The notes under the pieces are model-generated. The model was not told where the DNA came from. It saw only the letters and a program-made list of their open reading frames with translations, and made no database searches. The position numbers and the translations under genes were made by a program. A stretch of DNA of 64,000 nt from Coleofasciculus sp. B1-GNL1-01. GTDB taxonomy: Bacteria > Cyanobacteriota > Cyanobacteriia > Cyanobacteriales > Coleofasciculaceae. Shown in pieces: positions 61,114 through 64,000 of the stretch (position 1 is the stretch's first letter; each line of letters opens with the position of its first letter). The stretch lies in assembly GCA_040220235.1 (NCBI GenBank), contig JAVJTO010000044.1; one strand, given 5' to 3'.

Positions 61114-61533
61114 TTAGGGGGTCGTGCCAAAAATTTGTTCCTTGAAAGACTTCACTTGTAAAGCTAAGTCTTCACGGTGGGCAGCATTGAGCAAATAGCG
61201 GCAAATAAACCAACTTACATAAGCAATGCCAATTATCTCTAGGAATAAGCCTAAGAAGGGAATCGTATTAATCGCATTCAGGACAGCCAGACTTAGCTTG
61301 AGACTGGTTAGGGCAGCTATAATCCAAGCAACCGCGATAAAAATTTGCTTGGTGTTCGTAACTCGGTCGTTTAGGTGATCAGAGAGAGTCTCTATCGTCT
61401 CGATCAAGGTGGAAATGAGTTGAACCCAAGGCTGTTTTTTTTCTTCTGTGAGAATTTCGCTGGTGATTTCCGGATGGCAGGTTTCCGAGTTGGAGTTAAC
61501 TGGCTGTTCAGGGATTGCCATTTTAGCAGTCAT
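61114..61533 (-). CDS. CAAD-domain (CURT1-like) membrane protein
   Basis: AVLNAINTIPFL...LEIIGIAY.SWF..RYLL...R. Confidence 0.88.
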   Translation of the reverse strand: MTAKMAIPEQPVNSNSETCHPEITSEILTEEKKQPWVQLISTLIETIETLSDHLNDRVTNTKQIFIAVAWIIAALTSLKLSLAVLNAINTIPFLGLFLEIIGIAYVSWFICRYLLNAAHREDLALQVKSFKEQIFGTTP

Positions 61534-61906
61534 TTTTTTATTTGGAGAACGACAATGCGCGAATGATGGAAGTGAGGGAATGTCGAGAACAAGGAGAGCG
61601 TCTTAAAGTTAAGACTTAAACTCTGATTTTGCTCAATCTATTACTTTACCCCTCGCTTTTCTTTAGTGTATTTATGAGAAGTGGTACGGGTCAATATTAT
61701 TGCTAAATCAACATAAAAGCTTAGCTATTTATTTATCATTACTTCAAAGTATTATGCTGCAATTTAATCTCTCTTGAATGGTTATAAGTAGTCGGACAAA
61801 ATTTATGTCCAGGTACTTACTCAGATCTTGTGTCCTTGGCGTTAAGTTGTTGGGTTTCGTCCCTCAACCCAACCTACAACGTTGACATGTACCCTGTAGG
61901 AGGGCT

Positions 61907-62034
61907 TAAGCTGTCATGCATTTAAATTGGGAATGGGTAGCGAGCAAGATGCAAAGCCTGCGGCATGGCTTCGCTAAACGCACTACACGGCTTTCGCCAT
62001 TATTGACATTAAGGTTTAAATGCCGAACAGCTTA
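61907..62034. mobile_element. MITE (family of 11617-11719) carrying an extra nested ~26-bp unit
   Basis: Same ends and body as the 11.6 kb copy, plus AAAGCCTGCGGCATGGCTTCGCTAAA. Confidence 0.8.
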
Positions 62035-62297
62035 GTCTTCTACAATGTCTAAGTATTGAATAGTCTTGTGGGGGGGTAAGGAGCAGGGGAAGCTGAGGGA
62101 GCTTCGTCCCTTCCTTCACTAGGATTAACGCTACGTCTGGTGTCAAGTTACTTACACAAATCTTAATGGAAAAACCTAGCTGTCAATCATGGCGATCGCG
62201 AATCGCTATCATCGATTAGTTCTGCTACTGCAAGTCATCATAGCCATAATAATCAAAAACCGAATAACATACCATTAGTCATTCCCACTTCTCAACT

Positions 62298-63179
62298 ATG
62301 ACGTTCTATCGCTGGCTGCCTATCCTTTCCACCGTGATTTGCCTGGTTGCCCCAATCTCCAATCCAGCAACGGCACAATCATCCTCACCGTCTGAAAATA
62401 CCTGTCCAGCACCTGCCCTTTCGCGCTTGCAGAAACACAAAGTCGCGCCGGGTGAAACATTAGATAGTATTGCTGAACGATACAGTCTAATCCCAGAAAC
62501 CTTAGCAGAACTCAATCCTAGCTTGTCAGGGAAATCCATGCCCGTGGGTCGAGAGATTCTGATTCCTCCCTTTAATGGAATTCAGGTGCAAGTTCCGGCG
62601 GGGGCTAGCTGGCAAGACTTAGCTGGGGCTTATGGTATCCGTGCTGATATTTTATTTGAGGTCAATGGCTGTGTGCTACAACCACCAGGAGTTGTTTTTG
62701 TCTCAGGGGTGAATTGGGTACTGGCAAATCGCAAGCCTGTGGAAAACTATACTGGATTTTCTGGTTATCCCTTGCCCCAGTTAGCGCCCATGGGGTTTAA
62801 TTACGGTTGGCATCAAAATGGCGATGGACAAACTCAGTTTCACAGTGGTATTGATCTATTGGCAGACCCTGGAACCACGGTGTTAGCGGTAGATTCCGGT
62901 ACAGTTGCCTTTGCGGGTCAACAAGGAACCTATGGTAATTTAGTTGTGATCAATCACCAAGGTGGACGCCAAACCCGGTATGCTCATTTAAGTCGTCTTT
63001 CGGTGAGAACGGGTCAACGGATCAAACCGGGAACACCCTTAGGGGCGGTGGGTACTACAGGAAGTCCAGACATTGACCAACCTCATTTGCATTTTGAAGT
63101 TCGCTTCAACGCGCCTGCGGGTTGGGTAGCCCAAGACCCGGAGTTACATTTGACGGCAAGACCGATAAATGACGAATGA
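62298..63179 (+). CDS. LysM / M23-family peptidase
   Basis: HKVAPGETL..IA..Y LysM; HSGIDL, YGNLVVI.H, YAHL, PHLHFEVR. Confidence 0.93.
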   Translation: MTFYRWLPILSTVICLVAPISNPATAQSSSPSENTCPAPALSRLQKHKVAPGETLDSIAERYSLIPETLAELNPSLSGKSMPVGREILIPPFNGIQVQVPAGASWQDLAGAYGIRADILFEVNGCVLQPPGVVFVSGVNWVLANRKPVENYTGFSGYPLPQLAPMGFNYGWHQNGDGQTQFHSGIDLLADPGTTVLAVDSGTVAFAGQQGTYGNLVVINHQGGRQTRYAHLSRLSVRTGQRIKPGTPLGAVGTTGSPDIDQPHLHFEVRFNAPAGWVAQDPELHLTARPINDE

Positions 63180-64000
63180 CGAACTTTATCATATCATTAC
63201 GTCGCAGCGGAGCATTGTTGCTGTCAGTGGGTACGGTCAGCTTCTTGTGTGGTATGGGTTATGGTGTTGTCCAAAGCTATCCTGAACCCCCAGCAGAACC
63301 AATCATTCAACCTCAATCGGATATCCCCACAGAACCCCCGCCGCCGAATGTGACGGTTCAGATTAAAGCCGTGGGGGATATTATTCCGGGTACGAATTAT
63401 CCTCAGAATAAACTGCATCCCAATAAAGCGGTTCTTTTCCAAGCCGTTCAACCCAGCCTGCAAGGTGCTGATTTATTATTTGGTAATTATGAGAGTACTT
63501 TAACGAATTATCCCTATTCTGCTAAGTCGATAGGGGGATTAATTATCGCCTTTCGCACGCCGCCTGATTATGCCTCTTTGTTAAAAGAGGTGGGCTTTGA
63601 TATTATGAGCGTTGCCAACAACCATTCTTATGATTTCTCACGTCAAGGATTTGCAGATACTATTAATAATTTGGAACAGGCTGGAGTTAAAGCATTAGGC
63701 GAAAAGAATCAGATTTTATATGCTAACATTAATGATCTATGGATTGCTTGGATTGGTTTTAGTTATTTTAATTATCACAATTCGTTGAATGATTTGCCTG
63801 CCGCTATAGCATTAGTGGAAGAAGCCAGTCAAAATGCTCATATCGTGATTATTTCCGTTCATGCAGGGGCAGAAGGTACTGGGGCAATGCACGTTCGCAA
63901 TCAAACGGAGTATTTTTTTGGCGAAAATCGTGGCAATCTGGTTAAGTTTTCCCGGACGATGATTGACCATGGCGCTGATTTAATTCTCGGACATGGACCT
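63176..64000 (+). CDS. CapA (PGA_cap) family protein, runs off the window
   Basis: Manual translation MTNFIISLRR...IKAVGDIIPGTNYP...GNYES...SVANNH...SVHAGAE...LILGHGP. Confidence 0.88.
   Translation, partial: MTNFIISLRRSGALLLSVGTVSFLCGMGYGVVQSYPEPPAEPIIQPQSDIPTEPPPPNVTVQIKAVGDIIPGTNYPQNKLHPNKAVLFQAVQPSLQGADLLFGNYESTLTNYPYSAKSIGGLIIAFRTPPDYASLLKEVGFDIMSVANNHSYDFSRQGFADTINNLEQAGVKALGEKNQILYANINDLWIAWIGFSYFNYHNSLNDLPAAIALVEEASQNAHIVIISVHAGAEGTGAMHVRNQTEYFFGENRGNLVKFSRTMIDHGADLILGHGP

Noticed and set aside
1..64000. tRNA, rRNA, RT, integrase or cas genes
   Set aside because: No cloverleaf with T-loop consensus, rRNA signature, YxDD RT motif in a suitable ORF, or recombinase motif was seen by eye.

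Overview
This is cyanobacterial chromosomal DNA: it has abundant HIP1 octamers (GCGATCGC), a split DnaE, ictB, fibrillin, CAAD, Uma2 and pentapeptide genes. The DnaE inteins and gghA suggest a salt-tolerant filamentous strain such as Coleofasciculus, which is inference. Housekeeping genes (lysS, dnaE-N, comF, clpS, ictB, gghA, glgB, metK, an ArsA/GET3 ATPase) alternate with accessory islands. (1) 0.9-8.5 kb holds a 5'-truncated DUF4157 (eCIS-type) polymorphic toxin with a C-terminal nuclease, a candidate immunity gene, and LRR and YbjN genes. The toxin joins an HNH gene fragment head-to-head. (2) 10-13.5 and 17-19.4 kb hold small HIP1-bounded cassettes, decayed toxin-antitoxin (TA) pairs, an AT-rich PLD nuclease inserted into brnA, and a strongly folding non-coding element. 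(3) 25-29 kb holds a NACHT-HEAT protein. (4) The highlight is 39.4-51.4 kb: a Trypco1-trypsin-EAD / EAD-iSTAND / MoxR / vWA / FGE-lectin conflict operon. Its last gene carries the hallmarks of a diversity-generating retroelement (DGR) target: NNY-coded variable region (VR), GC hairpin and a truncated avd. No reverse transcriptase (RT) or template region (TR) was seen in the window. A collapsed paralog 5 kb downstream has had most of its VR removed by a 180-bp microhomology deletion. (5) A TnpB-only IS200/IS605 element sits between a consensus promoter and metK. Intergenic DNA is rich in REP-like hairpins, nested MITEs and short tandem repeats. I saw no rRNA, tRNA or CRISPR array. All calls come from reading sequence and motifs by eye; no database searches were run.
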